This document shows positions 60,328 to 64,000 of a DNA stretch of 64,000 nucleotides, one piece after another. The position numbers and the translations under genes are program-made. The DNA lies in assembly GCF_036321535.1 (NCBI RefSeq), contig NC_087436.1, forward strand, positions 82,646,001 through 82,710,000, given 5' to 3'. Position 1 is the stretch's first letter. Each line of letters starts with the position of its first letter. The notes under the pieces were generated by a model, which was not told where the DNA came from, searched no databases, and saw only the letters and a list, made by a program, of their open reading frames with translations. This DNA comes from Camelus dromedarius (lineage: Eukaryota).

Positions 60328-60720
60328 ACTGTCAGTCAGTGTTCAAGGAGGAAATAGATATTGCCCTTAAAGAGAACTTAATGAAGGGATTGTTTACAGA
60401 GGTATAGGTATGGGTAAAATTCAACAACTGATGGTGAGGCAGCAAGGTTTTTGCAACCATTAGTTACCACTAAGAGACCCGAAGGGACAAGAGGATGAAA
60501 TACTGTTGCCAAGCCTGGGAAGAAGTTGAGCTCTGGGAAGAGAGGCTGTTTCTGATAGGTTTTGGCAACCATTGCCCCAAACACAGCAGGACAGGGAGGG
60601 AGTGGGTAGGTTAATACCCTGACCTCTCTCTCCTCCCACCATCTTATCTCCTGGTATGCTGCTTCCCACTGGTCAAAACCAGATGATAAGAGAACAAGGA
60701 TGATGTCGAGACCATCAATT
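60328..60720 (-). mobile_element. ERVL-class LTR (LTR33/LTR41-like)
   Basis: TCAGTCAGTGTTCAAGG...TTAATGAAGGGATTGTTTACAGAGGT...CCCACTGGTCAAAACC. Confidence 0.55.
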
Positions 60721-61995
60721 ATAGGCAACTCCTCTCTCTCCCATTTCCAGGTAAAAGGAAATGGAGATGGCTGCCTGAAATATTTTGCTAAGGCAAAAAC
60801 TTTCATTATATATGTTATACATTTCTATGATGCGGATCTTATATTAGGTACATTCTCAAATTTCTAACCTGTTTATATTTTCATCAAAGTCTATTGCAGT
60901 TTATTTGGTTAAAATCTGCAATATTGACAGAGTAGTACAATCTTGAAGGATGATACAGAATGAAGAAGTGGGAGAAAGAAAATATATATTCTAAAGATCT
61001 AGAGAAAAAAATATTTTAAAATGAGATTTGATCATGTTACAACTCTGAATTAAATAGTCTGACTATAATTTGACCTTTTTACTTCAACTTCCTTAAGGGG
61101 AAAAGCTCAGGAGAACATTTCCCTGGAAGTAATTACTTGAGAATAATGTTTGGACAAGCATAAATGAATATAAAAGGACTCGAAAGGTTTCACATTGCAC
61201 TTGATATGCTCGTGTGTTTCAGGGAGGTAAGCTATACTAGCTGGGGGAAAAACATGTTCTGAATTTGATTTATGTTTAGAAAACACTTCAAGGAGATCTT
61301 CCTCTGTAATCCAACAAAACCACTTGTAACAATAGTAGTTATAATGGCTTATTGCAAGTACCTCTTTAAGTCTTCCATCTAAATATAGAACCCATGCTGT
61401 TTTCCTTTAACCTTGACTGATACATTTTGATGAGGTAGAGAGAAAGACCGATTTGGAAAAGATTAAAGAGAAAGTGTATATCTAGGGTAGCCAGGGGTCT
61501 CAGACAAATGCGGGGAGCATAAACTTCTTTTTCATACTTCCACTATGTACTTCTACTTTATAAAGATTACACCCATAGCCAAATGAAATAATGTCTATGA
61601 AAGGATAGATCAGTTGGGAAATTCATGAATTGCATTTTGTTTTATCATCCAGTGCTTCGATGTGTGTGAGATTACTTAAAGCACTGACATTGTCCTACCC
61701 AGGCACAAAATAAAAACACCGAGTGTAAAAAACATATAATAGAAACTGGCAAACTTAGTCTCACTTTTCCTCCTTTATTTAAGACAACTAAGCCTTAAAA
61801 CTTTCAAAATCAAAATTTTTCACATGTTCCAACTGCCTCAACACATCTAACATTGTAGCCACAGCTAGTCCTTCGTGGTTTTAGTTTATTTACAAGCATT
61901 TCACATATTACTACTTGTCCAGATACATATTTACAACTTCTAATAAAAATCTTGATTGAGAAAAGATAACAAAAGCAAGACCAAAGTTTAAAAGG

Positions 61996-63527
61996 TTTTT
62001 TTTAATTGACAGGTACTTTACATAGAGTAGATGCACATATCTTGAGTGTACAGTTTGATGAGATTTTAAATTTAATTTTGTTTTTTCCAAATTTGTATAT
62101 ATACATACACACGTATATAAATCTCACACTTTCTTTATCCATTCATCTGTTGAAGGACATTTAAGCTGTTTCCGTATCTTGACCATTGTAAACAATGCTG
62201 CAATGAACACAGAAGTGAAGATATCTTGTAGAGATAGTGATTTCAGTTCCTTTGGACATACTCAGGAATGTGGTTGCTGGATCATATGGTAGTTCTAGTT
62301 TTAACTTTCTGTGGAACCACCATACTGTTTTTCATAATTTTCAAAATTGGCTGTGCCGATGACCACAACAGTGTATAAGGGCTGCCTTTTCTTCTTCACA
62401 TCCTTGCTAACATTTATTCTCTTTCGTCTTTTTGATAATGGCCATCCTAACAGGTCTGAGCTAATATCTCATTATGGTTCTGATCTGCATTTCTCTGATG
62501 ACTAGTGAAGTTGAACACCTCTTCATGTGGCTGTTGGCCATTTGTATGTTTCCTTGGAAAATGTCCTCAGGTCCTCTGCCCATTTTCATANNNNNNNNNN
62601 NNNNNNNNNNNNNNNNNNNNNNNNNNNNNNNNNNNNNNNNNNNNNNNNNNNNNNNNNNNNNNNNNNNNNNNNNNNNNNNNNNNNNNNNNNNNNNNNNNNN
62701 NNNNNNNNNNNNNNNNNNNNNNNNNNNNNNNNNNNNNNNNNNNNNNNNNNNNNNNNNNNNNNNNTGTTTATTTTAGCTTTTGTTGCCTGTGCTTTTGAGG
62801 TCTTATCCAAGACATCATTGCCAAGACTGATGTTAAGGAGTTNNNNNNNNNNNNNNNNNNNNNNNNNNNNNNNNNNNNNNNNNNNNNNNNNNNNNNNNNN
62901 NNNNNNNNNNNNNNNNNNNNNNNNNNNNNNNNNNNNNNNNNNNNNNNNNNNNNNNNNNNNNNNNNNNNNNNNNNNNNNNNNNNNNNNNNNNNNNNNNNNN
63001 NNNNNNNNNNNTCCCCATCGTGTGTTCCTGGTGCCCTTGTCAATAATTAGTTGACCATACGTGCATGGGTTTATTTCTGGCTCAGTTCTATTCCACTGGT
63101 CTATGTTCCTGTTTTTATGCCAGTACTATANNNNNNNNNNNNNNNNNNNNNNNNNNNNNNNNNNNNNNNNNNNNNNNNNNNNNNNNNNNNNNNNNNNNNN
63201 NNNNNNNNNNNNNNNNNNNNNNNNNNNNNNNNNNNNNNNNNNNNNNNNNNNNNNNNNNNNNNNNNNNNNNNNNNNNNNGAAAGATGCCATTGGGACTTTG
63301 ACAGGGATTTACTTGAATCTGTAGATTGTTTTAGATAGTATGGATATTTTAACAACACTATTTCTTTCAACCNNNNNNNNNNNNNNNNNNNNNNNNNNNN
63401 NNNNNNNNNNNNNNNNNNNNNNNNNNNNNNNNNNNNNNNNNNNNNNNNNNNNNNNNNNNNNNNNNNNNNNNNNNNNNNNNNNNNNNNNNNNNNNNNNNNN
63501 NNNNNNNNNNNNNNNNNNNNNNNNNNG
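61996..63527 (-). mobile_element. L1MA/MB 3' UTR and ORF2 3' part, with four N-runs
   Basis: ATCCATTCATCTGTTGAAGGACATTT...GATAATGGCCATCCTAACAGG...TGCATTTCTCTGATGACTAG. Confidence 0.9.
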
Positions 63528-64000
63528 TCTGATATGTGTATAACCATTCCAGCTTCCTTATGCTTTGTATTTCATGGTATTTCTCTTTTTTTCTATCCTT
63601 TTACTTTTAACATATGTCTTTATATTTGAAGAGAATCTCTTAAAAGCAGCATATAGTTGGATCTTGCTTCTCTGCTTTTTAATAGGCTGTCTAGTAACTC
63701 TACATTTAACATGACTGATATGGTTAGGTTTAACTTTATCATCTTACTATTTGTTTTTCTTGCCCCATCTATCCTTTTTCTTTTTCCATCTTTTCCTGTC
63801 TTCTTTTTAACTGAGTATTTCTTAGTATTACATTTTTATCTCCTCTTTGGCCTATGAGCTCACTGTCTTGTTTCTTTAATGGTTCCTTTAGGAGTTACAG
63901 TATACATCCTCACCTATTACAGCACACCTTGAATTGATAGTGTAACACTTCACGTTTAATGTAAAAACCATATGCAAAAGTACTTCCATTTCCCTCTCCC
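63528..64000 (-). mobile_element. Old L1ME ORF2 fragment
   Basis: CCATTCCAGCTTCCTT...AGCAGCATATAGTTGGATCTTGC typical antisense L1ME ORF2. Confidence 0.6.

Overview
Mammalian genomic DNA from the SIBLING/acidic SCPP mineralisation cluster, almost certainly a camelid (two tRNA-derived SINEs resemble the camelid Vic-type family). Two complete + strand genes can be rebuilt with canonical GT-AG, phase-0 coding junctions. DSPP spans ~5100-13790 (5 exons, ~1194 aa including 45 codons masked by an N-run; MQG|DDP cleavage site, RGD, Ser/Asp-repeat DPP domain). DMP1 spans ~30547-43600 (6 exons, 519 aa; MQS|DDP, RGD, conserved C-terminus). The rest is intronic or intergenic DNA with MIR, L2, L1, MaLR/ERVL and DNA-transposon remnants, plus nine short N-runs. 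I find no convincing undescribed multi-gene system. The best leads are locus-level: a second RGD in DMP1, intron-4 polyadenylation that could give a DSP-only mRNA, tandem donors with a uORF switch in DSPP exon 1, a core promoter layout shared by DSPP and DMP1, a 153-bp higher-order duplication in the SKSD-punctuated DPP array, a candidate L1 3' transduction, and a consensus CTCF site downstream of DMP1. Family names and cross-species comparisons come from recall, not from database searches.
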